Shown piece after piece: positions 26,400 through 38,699 of a stretch of 64,000 nucleotides of DNA. A program made the translations under genes and the position numbers. The notes beneath the pieces were generated by a model. That model did not search any database and had not been told where the DNA came from. It worked only from the letters and a program-made list of their open reading frames with translations. Origin of the DNA: Haplodiscus bocki. Its lineage: Eukaryota. Location of the stretch: NCBI GenBank assembly GCA_965655095.1, contig OZ296652.1, positions 70,742,001 to 70,806,000 of the forward strand, given 5' to 3'. Each line of letters opens with the position of its first letter. The stretch's first letter is position 1.

Positions 26400-28100
26400 T
26401 AAAGCGAATGGCTGTGACATATCTGATCCAAGATGGCACTCAATATGGGATGTGAAAAGAAGTGTTTGACGATCGTCAATAATTGAAAAGTCAATAGTTT
26501 CGAAACAACAGACTTGAGCACAGTAGCGCATGGGCTTCTTCACACTATATGTCTCCTTTTGCTGAATTTACATAAACAAGCGCTAATAATTCCCTGCTAT
26601 CACTGTCAACTACATAATTTCCAGATACCCGTCAAATACCGACATCTGCTCACCCTACTTTTAGCACCGAGCAGTCCCTGGTTTTTCAAATCAGAGGAAG
26701 AACATTTTCTTTCCACTCAGTTCTCCAATAGAGTCCCTCAGTTTCAGGTAATAGTAACTTTCGAACTCCATCACAAACAAATTTGCAGTCTTTGGTCTGG
26801 GTAACAAATCAGAAACTTTTGGATTCTTTATCCCAAACCTAAATAACCCTACCCTCCTTGTAGTTCGTAACAACCAGTGCCAACGGGAACGATCGCTTAG
26901 CTGTAACATAAGCTCACCTTAGCCACAAAAACTGGAATTAGAAATAAGCATCAAGTTGGAAGTACATACAGAGTTCTTGCATCACGAGTTCAAAGAGCTT
27001 AAAATCAGCATCATTTGGGTGTCAACATCCCACGGTCAACTGCTGATCAAACAAAGTTATTTAGGACTACTGTTAACTACTGCTCCTCAATGGCCTTAAA
27101 GCAACATACCCACCAGACGCTTTTAATTGCATTTTTCACTGTGGAACACGAGATTAGAGCGGTCTCAAACAAAACTTCACCAAATACACATCCTACTTTG
27201 ACACGTATTTCATTACTCTTCATACATACGAAAAAACGTCTAAGTATTTGAGCACCTATATGGACACTGATAGTGGAAGTAATTGATTGATTTTATACCC
27301 TTGCATCAAGAAAAATACGAAAACCTTGCCGTTCACTTTTTGTGCGTATCACCAAAACAGGGGATTTTGTTTATCAGTAAGATATTTTGCAACGTACCGG
27401 GTGAACCCATTGGTTTATTTGGCAAACTGATTGGTCAGCAATGATAGTGCGATTTGTATGTAGAAGTTTATCCTCACAGTTGAACATGGCGAATTTTATA
27501 CTTTCGTTTCTTAGGTTACAAACATTTTTGTGAGGTACCACTACCAAAGAGCACATTATTAGTGAAATGAGAATTTTTAGATCTACGTAACCTGAACATT
27601 TAACTTATAACTTATCCGGGCCCAGCAAAGAAAACTCAAAAACACGATGGTTGATTCAGATGAAGAAACCAAGGGATTACATAACAAAAACACCAACAAG
27701 GAGCACACTAGTGGCAAAACAAAAACTTCTTCAACGCCTGACGACCCGCTTGCACAAGCTGGTGGTTCCTCAGCATTTGGCGGTCTTTGTTGCACAATTT
27801 TCGGAGGTAGATCAATTCTTGTTCCCACACAATAACCCTTTTAACAGGTTTTTGACAATCACTTCCAGCGAGCTTATTGCCACAAATTTTCAACGGATCT
27901 GGAGATTTTGAAGGTTTTTTGGTTCCATTCACCACAACCGCATATCTGTCGAGCTATTGCCGTCCATGTTCACACAAGAAATGACCTGAAAAATTTGTTC
28001 TTCGTTTAAAAAGCAACCCACTTTTTAACTCTCAACACTTTTAGAAGAACACCATAGTGACTTCGACTTTTTCATGGATGCTTTTATATAGCAAATACAA
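26400..28100 (+). pseudogene. Protease-RT-RNase H remnants of the provirus
   Basis: Lies between the PBS and integrase. Weak motifs such as STADQTKLF..(~27040; cf. D..KTAF) and ELLPSMFT (~27950; cf. ELLAVV). Many frameshifts. Confidence 0.5.
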
Positions 28101-28779
28101 CTCACAAATACCAAGAAGTAAGCTGCAATAGTTTTGACTCCAAAGAATGTATTGCTTAGTGCGTTTCAGCAGATTTCAAAATATTTGCTGGAAAAGCCAA
28201 ACAATCCAAACGCAAAGTTCCCACGAAGTATCCTTATGATTTTGACCACTCTCTCACTTGCTTTGTCCACAGTGGCTGACTGCATCACGCTGCTCTTTAA
28301 ATACCACTTAGTCACGACACAAGCACTTCAGTAAACCAATTTATAGCAAACTTCGAGCTTATTTGGTGAAAATGCGAGCACACGCTGAAAACAACAGTAT
28401 CTCCAGAAATAGAATCCTTTTAAATTGAACGATATTGCAGCAATTAGAAAGAGATACAGTTGAATTGCTTATCCAGGAAACGTTTCAAAATTCCACAGTG
28501 CAAACCGTGGTATATCTCGTGTCCGTTGCGGAGAATGAACGTCAAGACACTCCTGTTGAAAAAGTAGTAACCAATAAATTTGCTCAGGCAGAAGAAGCCG
28601 ACGAGTTATTCCAACATGAACGTCGGTGGGTTGGACAGATATTATTTCCCATAATTAAAGATCTCCAACGCGTAGCTCGTTTCGGATGGCAAATGCACAA
28701 CTAGATGGGTAGTTTGTATCTCCAGGACGGAACTTTCTTGTCGTAAACTTGAACCCACAGATGGCCGTTTAGCCCATCT

Positions 28780-29840
28780 TCAGCAAATTGTTGTTCCGTT
28801 GCTGGTCATTGAAGTAATCACTTCACTCTTCACTCCATGACTCGGTCGTTGTCGTATGTTTGAGTGCCTATAAAACCATTGAGAAATTACCACAATGTTT
28901 TTACTGGTCTGAGTTGAAAATCAATGTAAAACACAATCTTCGTCAATTCAAGACATATCAAAAACGTTACGATCCTCACAAACATCAACAATCTCTAGTT
29001 GAATCGAAAATTAGTTTTCCCTTCCATGATATTGGCCTAGATTTTTTGTGTCCATTGCCTTTTTTCAACGGATGTCATTACATCTTATTGATTTGTGACC
29101 AATCCACTAAATGGAACCAGGCTATTCTTTTCCCAGATCAAACTGCAGCTACCACCAGCGGAATTTTTCTAGAGCGCTGTATTTGTCAATTTGGTTGCCC
29201 GCATAGCATCCATACAGACCGTGGAACAGAATTTTAGTACTAATTTTTCGCTCACCTTCTGGAAAACCTAGAATTCGATATAACTGGAACAACAACTTTT
29301 CATCCCCAATCGAAAGCAGTCTTTGAGTGAGTGAACCAAACACTTCTCAGCATGCTTGCCAAATGTTTCGATGAAGAGCAAACGAAATGGGCTCCCCAAC
29401 ATCCTTTCGTTTTAATGGCCTCTCGCTCTTTAGTCTATGAGTCAACCGGTTATACTCCGTTTGCTGAAGAATTGGCCATGAACATTATCTACCAATTGAT
29501 CCCATGTAGTTGCTCCCCGGTCAGCCGCACCAGACAAATTAAACAACTGGTTGTTGCAGAAACAGAACACCTTCGGAAAAGTGCCTGAGATTGTTAGACG
29601 GAATGCTACTTCTCAGCATTGCCGTCGCAACACTCTGTGCAACAAACGTGTGCACGGTCCCACATACAAAGGAGGCGAACACGTTTTACTCCACTGCACA
29701 GTTAATCCAGTAGGAAGATGTTCAAAAGTTTCCACTCTTTGGTGAAGCCCACAATGCATTTTCAAAATTTAACCATCATATCAAGGAACTTTGTAGCGGC
29801 AAAATCCAAATTGTACATCATGCTCGCATGAAACGACATC
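28780..29840 (+). pseudogene. Gypsy integrase pseudogene (H2C2 + DDE core + GPY/F region)
   Basis: YKTIEKLPQCFYWSELK...FPFHDIGLDFLCPLP..GCHYILLICDQSTKW..A..PDQTA....ICQFGCPHSIHTDRGTEF (28860-29237), NQTLLSMLAK...W...LMASRS..ESTGYTPF (29331-), and YKGGEHVLL...KVSTLW (29551-29745). Confidence 0.92.
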
Positions 29841-30342
29841 ATAGCCCATTACAAGTTGCGTCTAATGTCCGAGAACGACCAACTAACCACACTACGTGTT
29901 TAGGGCTTTCTTGCACCATGTGAGAATGGCACTACTACCTCAATTGCTCTTCTTCGTCCTCATTGGATCAATGTTTTCTGATGTACATTTTTCTAGCCAC
30001 CTCAATGACGACTCGGACACACCAGTCTTCAAAAAAGTTGCTGCCTCTGTATTTAAATACCAAGCTGTGACGTAAGAGAGTGAAAGCAAAGTACGAGTGA
30101 TTTAGCTTCTTCCTCGTTTTCAAGAAAACAATATAACAGAACCTTATTCTCCAGTCGCCCAGTGGGGACACAGTGACACAATAGCAGGAATGATTATAGT
30201 GAAAAGATGTTAGACCACAGCGTCGGTGAACGCCCATGAGCTACTCTTCACTTGGATCAATGAACACTTGTCAGTATTAGGAACAAGAACTGCCGAAGCC
30301 CACGAAGACCGAAACCGTTAAGTTGGAATAGTAATTTCATTT

Positions 30343-32150
30343 TTGCCACCAAAATCCACCATAAGTGTTACTCAAAATAGCCGAAATCCACGAGCTCTCG
30401 GATTGCTCGCCGCTGCTGCAGGTGCTGCTGGACAGATTTTAAGTGATCCAGTCAAAAATGCTGCATGTTCGAATTCATCAAAATTTAGTTTGTGTTCAAA
30501 CAATAAAGAACTAGAAGCCAACGTCCAGAATTTACTCATTCAACAAAGTTTTTCAGGAAACAGTAGAAAGAGTACAAAACAAAAACGATGAAAATTTCCT
30601 CCTACATGAAGAAGAAAACAAGGAAACGCAAGTGAGTGTCGTATAGGTTACTGAGGTTGCTACTGGCAACCTGTAGAAGTTTTATGTTGAATTACGGGAA
30701 ATGAATGGTGTTATTTCCCACTGGTCGACTGTAATGCCCATTTGGTGCAAGCATTGAATTTTTACCAACAATTGCAAGAATAATTTAGTTATCTTAATTC
30801 ATTATACACGCACGTCAAATCGTTTTTCGCCGCTTTTAATGCCTACAAAATAGCATTTTTTCTATTTTCTCGTCACTAGCAGCTGATTACGTCACTTCCC
30901 AATTTAAACATCCGGATCAACTAGCCTTCTTCGTTACCATGCTTTGAAAGATGAAAAATTACGCGGCACCAACTTTCTTGCGCAATCCGTGTTGGCAATG
31001 AAGGTTTTAACCACGAGATTCAACTCTTTTTGGAAGTTACATTTCAGTCCAGCGGCTTTTCAATCGTTCTTGGGATGTCCATTAATTCTGAATCCTCTAC
31101 GTTTGATATCTATCATGCAATTCCTCTGTATCAGTTTAACGCTGACGGCGACATTGCTTCTTTATACCAATTTTTTAAACTTTTTTCCGCCATTTCGCGG
31201 AACTGGGTGCCTCCACTTTCCAACAATGTTTCGGTTAAACTTAAATAGGGTTAAACTTTGACTTATAGGTTTTTCTACTAACGCAGATGAAACCATTTTT
31301 TGTTTTGCTTCTCTTCTTCAAAATTACGATGTTCCATCTGCTGGAAAATGCACAGTTGATTCTGTCTTCTTACCAGACGCCTCCAGGTATTCTATTAGGC
31401 TGATGCTTTGCATCACGTTGTCTCATGTCAACTTTTTCTAAACATGAAAAACTACAGTCCTCTGGCTGGTTTCACTACCAATACCCTTACTTTCCTAGCT
31501 TTCATTATCCGCCACAGTTGTAGCAGTATCCTTCCTTTCAATCAAGTTGACCTTTACCTCACCCCCCGACATGAAATTTTGTAAAACCCACTCAATACCC
31601 CTGGTGGCGATTATTCAGTTAACTCTAACTCTGGAGCAAGTTTTCACGCATGCCCATCAATGTTCTCACCACTTTCATGTCTATTCTGTTGTTGGAGATC
31701 GGCATTGTGTTATTAATAGCGTTCGCATGGAGTTGGTCGAAATTCGTGATGTAAATGCATGTCCCTTGAAGCTTTAGATCAACTCAGAAAAAACCCAGTA
31801 CTGAACATTATTCTTCTAATTCTCCTGCGATATCCGTTGCGCTATCTGCCTATTTACCCAATCGTACCGCTGATTGTTTCTCCCTGGTGTCAATTACAGT
31901 GTCACCCCTTACCTTTTGTGTCAATTTCACCCTCTTGCGAAGGCAATGGCCACGTCTGTTTTTGAACCCTCAAAAGTTCTTTCGCTGTACCTTTAGTCGA
32001 TTCCTTCACATTGTTAGGGAAACTTCATTAGCAGCTTCTCCACCTGATTTTTTTTCCTGTACCGTTCTTGGGCGGAGTTTCATGCTCTGCAGGCACTGGC
32101 TGAAGACACCCGTCCTCGACCTGTTTCATCTAATATGCCTCTCCTACTAA
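30343..32150 (+). pseudogene. env pseudogene: class I viral fusion glycoprotein (F-like)
   Basis: The furin-type site RNPR (30382-30393) is followed directly by ALGLLAAAAGAAGQIL and a heptad-like NKELEANVQNLLIQQ. Then come YLNSLYTHVKSFFAAFNAYK, LEVTFQSSGFSIVLGMSINSESSTFDIYHAIPLYQ, a Cys-containing ectodomain (31200-31600), and a hydrophobic stretch with basic stop-transfer VSITVSPLTFCVNFTLLRRQW (31887-). Confidence 0.8.
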
Positions 32151-32617
32151 CATCGTCACTTAATCCTATCCCTAATCCTAATCCCATCATTTCTCAGGAC
32201 CCCCTTTCCAAAACCGCCGATCGCGTTTACTTTCAATTGACTGCAGTAATCTACCAAGAATCCTCCTCATAAGCCATTAACATTCATTTTCTCACAGTAC
32301 TTTCACATGTCATTTTCAATTACCTTGATCCAAACTTCATCATCTTGTTTGCTTCCCTCCAACGCGTCTCCGTGCTACTTTTTTGTTCCGTTTTTTTGAA
32401 CTTCTGGATTATTCTAGCTTTTTGGCATGTTTGCACGCCTTTAGTGGTGTATACCTACACTTGATACGTCTATCAGTTTGGCACGTGTCCGTGCTTCTTT
32501 CAAAGTTCAATGACTCGCACGTTTCCGTGTTGTTGTTTGTCTTTTTGGCACCACCCCTTTTCCCAGTTGCCCGCTAACCACTAACCATAACATGACCATT
32601 TTTTCTTTGTTTTACAG

Positions 32618-33930
32618 GTCTTCTGTCTAGTTTTTTGATTACCCAGCTGCGCCTACACCTGCAGTTCCCGCCGTTACCTCGTATGGTCGCGTCGCCCCCA
32701 TTGCTGTTGGCAACACAGTTCTCTTAGCGGAAGATGTCCGTTTGCGGGTCCAAAGGTCGTTCCCGTCCTATGGCACTGTCGTGTTCCAAAAGATCAACAC
32801 GCGAGACAGACCCTTCGAACGTATCATCCGTCAGTTGTGGGTCCCGCCACCCTGAAAACATGCCGCTGTTGCAGATGTTAACATGCCGACTGCACATTGC
32901 CCCTCGTTTTTTGCCGATACTTGTGATTCCACTGTTTAGGTCAGTTTGCACAGTTCCAAAGCTCTGGACGATTGGTGCTCCTTGATAGCCGATTTCGTTT
33001 CGGTAGACCGCCTCAAGCAAGCCTTTGAGGGAACTAAACCTACTTTGGCTCAGACCTACTTTGACTTGAAGTTTCAGCTCGTCTCCGACCTAACAGAATT
33101 TCAACAAAAGGCGGAGGCCGACGTCAAAGAGTTGCATTTGCAATTTGTGCACGTCCAGGAATACAACGCGAAGCTTCGGGTTTCTTTGGTTGAGCTAAAC
33201 GCCACACATAACGAGCTCATGGCGCCATCTCTTTCACAAAAGGAAGAAATTGGTTATTTGTTTAGCCGATTTCCGGAAAAACAGCCCCTCGCCTACTCCC
33301 ATTTCTTTAAAATTTTCTTTTAACTCTTCATCTATCCTCAGATGCCAACACCCCTGGCGATACTCATTATCGATTCTTTTGTGCTGTCCCTGCTGTTTAT
33401 GTTTCTACGCTGTCTTCTAATGCCAATACCCTGCTTTGGTATCCACAACCCCACAAGAATCGTAACCCAGATGCCATTGACGTGAAAACTGCTGCACATC
33501 TGGTCCGTCTTGTTACACACATTGAACATGTTCTGGCCCACCTTCCCCTACGCATGGTAAATGACTACGGTGGCTTGCCTGGCCTTCGTCCTCTCTGCGA
33601 CCATCGTCACTGCTGTATAGAGTGTGTCTCAATGAAGTTCAATGGCTGACCCCTTGGGCACGGGCCTTTCGAATATCATGCTGTTGTACTTTCTCCAGGT
33701 TATTTCTCTTCCTCGCGGATTCGGTGTGTGGTATCAGAACGTCAAGGAGACCTATCAGCCCCTTCTTTTTTCCGGAGTTGTGTCTGCCCCGCCCGGGCTT
33801 GTTTTGCGTTTTTGTAGCTCCTTTTCTTCTTCAGACTTTTACTGTTTCAACTGTCTAGCGTGGAAGAAATATGCATGTGTTCGGAGCCAATTCCTTAGTT
33901 GCTGCTGTTACAAAGTTACCGGGTGAGTCC
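32618..33930 (+). pseudogene. Two-exon accessory gene of unknown function, 3' of env inside the provirus
   Basis: Acceptor TTTTCTTTGTTTTACAG|G at 32617, preceded by two CTAAC branch motifs. One frame runs 32631-33252 with only two internal stops and a coiled-coil-like end. A phase-1 GT..AG intron (33253-33341) rejoins it to an open frame 33342-33648. Confidence 0.6.
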
Positions 33931-34828
33931 AGAAACCCCGCTCTCATTTAACGGTTATCCCGGGGTTAAGTCTTGCTTCTGAAAGCGCCCACTTTGCCTA
34001 CAAAACTGTCCTATCGCAGTTCACGCAACTTACTCGATTTCGTTCACATCCGTTTCTTGAAAATATGAATTGTCATGAAGTCATACACAATTCACTCACT
34101 CTTCCTTCTTCGAATTTGAACACTCTTCTTTCTCCTGCGTCCCTTCTAGTGGAATTTTTTTGTCTCCCTGCAAAGTTAAAGCAATAGTATATTGCCATGG
34201 CCACCAGAGTTCTCCTCCAGGCAAATCCATGCTTCGAAAATCTTTTTATCACCGTTTATGCTGTCCAGCATCTCCTGCCACATGGCAAGCCACATAACGC
34301 AGCCTTTACCAACCAGTACATTACCCTCTACTTAGCCGCCCCCTTGGAGATCCGTGTGAACTTTCTCATATCGAAATACATCAGCGACTTGAAGTAACTG
34401 CCCACCAAGAAAACTCGTTTAACTAACCGACGTTGTCGAACCCTTTTCCGTCGAACTCAAATCCAGCTACACCAACCGCCAAGTCAACAAATCTCACAAC
34501 AGTAACAATATCACTTCCATCAACAACTCCAACAATAACACCAACGGCAACTGTGATCGCAGTACAACCTTGACCGATAACGTCTTCAGCAGGCTTTCCC
34601 ACAACAACAACAAAAACAATTCGGTCCCCCATAGCACCCGACGCCGTTGCAATATCCGCCTCCCAATCAGCTTTTACTCTCCTACACTTTCTTTCGTCAC
34701 ATTTTGCCTGGCTCTGTCGCATCCGGGTTCCTCCTCCCTACACCATTTCAGTGGCGGTCTGAGAAAAGTTGCTTGGTTGCTGCCTGAGCCGTGTCTTTCA
34801 TTTTTCTTTTTGCACGGACGCTAATTTT

Positions 34829-34842
34829 TCGAGAGGGCCTGC
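34829..34842 (+). promoter_or_regulatory. Decayed polypurine tract
   Basis: A T-run followed by CGAGAGGG lies just before the TGTAAAAG start of the 3' LTR. Confidence 0.45.
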
Positions 34843-35576
34843 TGTAAAAGCCAGTGGAGACTGTTTACTTTTTTGCAACGCCAGTCAGAGACACGAGACT
34901 GATACATCATGAACAAAAGACAAAAAAAATATTGGTGAAAGACATAAGTACCTCGAGTAAACTGCAGCCGTCTAATAAATAATGATGAGAACAAACATGA
35001 GTACTACTTAAAACTTTTAAACTAGTAACTGTTACCCCTGCTTTACTATACAATATTCTTTCGTTAACATACATTAAATCTGCGACTGCTATTTTAACAG
35101 TGTACTAAGTTGCTAACAGTCAAATTACCCCGTTCTTTCATATAAAAATTTCATACAAGCCCTCTTTGTAATGCTTCTTCAATTTCTTCATTTTATATTT
35201 CTTACGACCCGAACCTGCTGACCTGTGCATTTCCACGCCCGTTAATGTTTGATTTTACACCTTGTGACCCAAGGAAGCCGCCACGAAATAAGATCCTACA
35301 CAACAACCCAACATACGGTCTAACAAACAGTTGACCACAACCAACAACTCAAATTATGTAAATGTGAAACTGTTAATTGAATATTTTAACAATTGCCTCT
35401 CTTTTTCTTGTTTTCCAATTTAATTTCTTTCCCGAAGAACAATCAAAACATTTTTAATCAATCGAGACATCCCGATGGACACTTCATAAAACAATCGTCG
35501 ACGCATCCAAATAGGAAATTTTGAATACAAAAAAAACTTTTCTGATAAATTTAAATTCACAGTCACGGTTTTTGTA
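34843..35576 (+). repeat. 3' LTR
   Basis: Begins TGTAAAAG and is a direct repeat of 25017-25739. Confidence 0.9.
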
Positions 35577-35599
35577 TAGTAGTGGATTTCAGAGGTGGT

Positions 35600-36397
35600 T
35601 ATAACGTCTGAACGAACAACATCTGAAAAATCTATAGAATAACATATAGAAGTCATTCGATATTAACGTTTAATCAATAGCATCTAAAACACAATGCACA
35701 CAAATACTGGATAAGTTTGGCATGATTCTAGGCGTTCGTCACGAAAATGATATACGGGTTGTTCTTCAGTTGCGAGGCCGCTCCCTCCAACAGACTACAA
35801 TGAATTTTTGACAATCTCGACTCAATTTTGAACAAAACTGTTAATCTCTGCGGCCATTTCTGAGAAGTACTGATCCAACTCTGAACATAACTAATTTTCT
35901 CGGATCCAGCCGTGAACATTGTTGGATCAACCGTTTTATATGTTCGCCCAAAAATATCACAATTAACTCCTGTAGCAGTTTTTCCCTGTTTTCCTTTTTA
36001 GTTCTGATTTTTTAAACGTTTTTGTTCTAGTTAGAAGGTTTCTGACATTTCTGAGATGGAATCAAACGGAAATATAGCTTTCCGAAAAACGGATTTTCAA
36101 AGTCTTTTGAAAAAAAAATCGAACAGAAATGATTCTGAAAGTTTCGATTTCTTGTCTCCCCAACAATAATAATAAAAATTACCTTTTTGATTTTTTTCAA
36201 GGTATTTGCTTGTTTGTTGCTTGCCAGTAATATTGAGCACTGAATCAGAGACAATAAGAAATGTTCATCACTGAATCAGTTTCACTAGAGGTTTCAAGAT
36301 TAAAATGAACTTGTAAAACTCTGAACATCGCTGCAAACGCAAAAATCTCTGAATCAGCGCTGAAAATGACTGAATATCTATGGGAGCTGAACCCTAG
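35600..36397 (+). mobile_element. Element X, copy 2 (3' half)
   Basis: Homologous to 24260-25020 in the same orientation. Confidence 0.65.
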
Positions 36398-37151
36398 CTT
36401 CAGCGAACACTTTCCGAAATCTTTTTCGAAGAGGAAAGAAACTCAGCAAAAAATTGCGGCTTTTTGAGTCGTTTTTGAGCAATTTTGCGTATAAAATAGA
36501 AAATTGGAAAACCTGGGTAATCAGAGAAGTTCATCAACAGAAGAGAATTCCGATCAAAACTAGTAGTTTGCAAAATGATCAATAGTATTGGAGAAATCAT
36601 ATTAGAATTTTTTTACGATATAATTTTGAATTCCAAGTTTCAATGAAGGCTTTTCACTGATAAAGAATGTAAACGGAGAATATGTTGCGTCTGTTAAACT
36701 TCAACTGGCCAGTAGTGGAATCAGACCTCGATAACCTTTTTTGATTCAAAAGTTATGGAAATAGTTCGTTTGAAAAGTACACCTTCCTGATTAAGTTCTG
36801 AGTTTTAAACACTAAACTGAGATGAATTAATACCAGAGCGAAAAACGATCGTTATTGCACAACTACAGATTTTCAGCTAGTGACAAAGCAGTCACTCGAC
36901 TTCAAAAAACACTTTCGAAAAAGTATGGGAGTATGTAAATGAGTTTCGATAAAAGAAGTTTGGATAAAAAAATCTCAACAACACATGCAGTGGCATGAAT
37001 CATTCTCTGCGATAATTTCTATCAATTTTTCAATCATGTTATTGAAAATCGAAGCCTCCAAACGAAAAGGGTCACTGATGTATCCACTCTGGAAATGCCC
37101 AAAAAGTTATTCAATGAACGGTTTTAATTTTTGGTAGGAATTGCATAGCAA

Positions 37152-38117
37152 CCCTAGTTGAAAAGTTATCCATTACTTGCAAGATTCTTGCAAAACATAT
37201 ATGTCGTGCAAGAATCTTCCAAGGCAATGCACTCCTTGCAAGACTCTTGCAAGGCAATACAATCCGTGCAAGGTTCTTTCAAGAATCTTACAAGTAATGC
37301 ATTTCGACTTGTAAGGTTATTGCAAGTTTTGCATTTTTGCATTTTTGCCTTTTCGTCGAACTGAAGAAGAAAACTAGAAGCGGTGAAAAACATTGATAAC
37401 GTGCCTTAACAACCTTGAGCACTTGGGTGAAAAAGACCACATGAGAAATTAGAAAAATTATCAGAGAATTAACTGAGGATTGTCGGTTATTAACACAGTG
37501 AAACACAAGAAAGTTGCGAGAAAAGCTCCCGTGTTTTAGTTTTGGTGGGTAGCCCAGGTAGCCCAATGACACACAAAAGCACCGAATTTAACAGCGTTGG
37601 GACTGAATTTAGGTACACGATCCATTTTAAACGCTTTACCTATTTAAAAAAGCAACGAACAAGAGACACATCAGCGCTGCAACATGTTCCCTCAACGGTG
37701 GGTAAGATATTAGTCTAAAACATAATTTTTAGATGTTTCAGACTGAAAATTTTAACGAGATGGCTGAAAATTTTAAAATAAACATAAGCACGATAGGGTG
37801 CAGAGAAATAACTTGAGATTATGAAAATTCATTTTACATGTCCACTGGAACATTTCCAGCGTTCTTTAAAATCTGATACTTAGAGTTTTATTCGGACTTT
37901 GCACCACAAATTTTCGGCACGATTGTCAATTTCGGCATAATGTATTTCTTGCAAGATTCTTGCAACATTAATGTGTTTCTTGCAAGATTCTTGCAAGATT
38001 GATGCGTTTCTTGCAAGATTCTTGCAAGATACTTGAAAGAATAATGCATTATCTTGCAAGATTTTGCAAGGTATCCTGCAAGGATCTTGCCAGGTATCTA
38101 TTTTTTCTCAACTAGGG
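37152..38117. mobile_element. 966-bp MITE/non-autonomous DNA transposon with TIRs and CTTGCAAG subterminal repeats (CMC/EnSpm-like)
   Basis: Perfect 10-bp TIR CCCTAGTTGA...TCAACTAGGG, flanked by AA on both sides (possible 2-bp TSD). About ten copies of the palindrome CTTGCAAG or close variants sit at each end (37176-37326 and 37948-38093). Confidence 0.85.
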
Positions 38118-38699
38118 AAACGACAAGTGATACTATGAAAATTAATCAAAATTGCGGCCAAAATCGGAAAGTGAATGAATTTCCGGATCAATGGAGATTG
38201 AGCACTATATGCATGTCTATATGAAGACGTTTAGGCGCGCTGTAATTAAACTTTTCAGCGTATAGCACAGAAGAGTTGAAAGAGAAAAGAAAACGAAGCA
38301 TCTCTTTTTTTAGTTTGGGAGTTTCAGTTGAAAAATTAGTTAGGGAAGTTGAGGATTATGTTTATTTGAGACAAATTTTGAAGAGTAATTGAATCAGCAC
38401 AAAAAAGAATTATACCGATTAATTAAATTCCAGAAGAATTAGATGAAAATACACCAAAAGTTTCTGAAAGTGTGGATAATAACGGAGACAGTTTGCACTG
38501 AAAGTCCAAAATCAAGTCCACTCTACTGAGTAGTTTTTCTTATTACAGAGTAATTGTAGTAGCACCAAAATAATGACTGCGGTAGATACCTTTAGAGTAA
38601 ACAATATTGTTTGAAAAAAAAACTTGAGCAAAAGAATCCCCATAATCAGAGTTTATCTTGAAATGCCTGAAATTTTGAAGCATCGAATAAGGATTGTCG

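Larger units (their letters stand above)
25017..35576 (+). mobile_element. Decayed full-length env-bearing Ty3/Gypsy LTR retroelement (endogenous retrovirus-like provirus, ~10.5 kb)
   Basis: Paired direct LTRs enclose, in order, a PBS-like site, RT/RNase H remnants, integrase, a fusion-protein env, extra ORFs and a PPT-like site. Confidence 0.9.
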
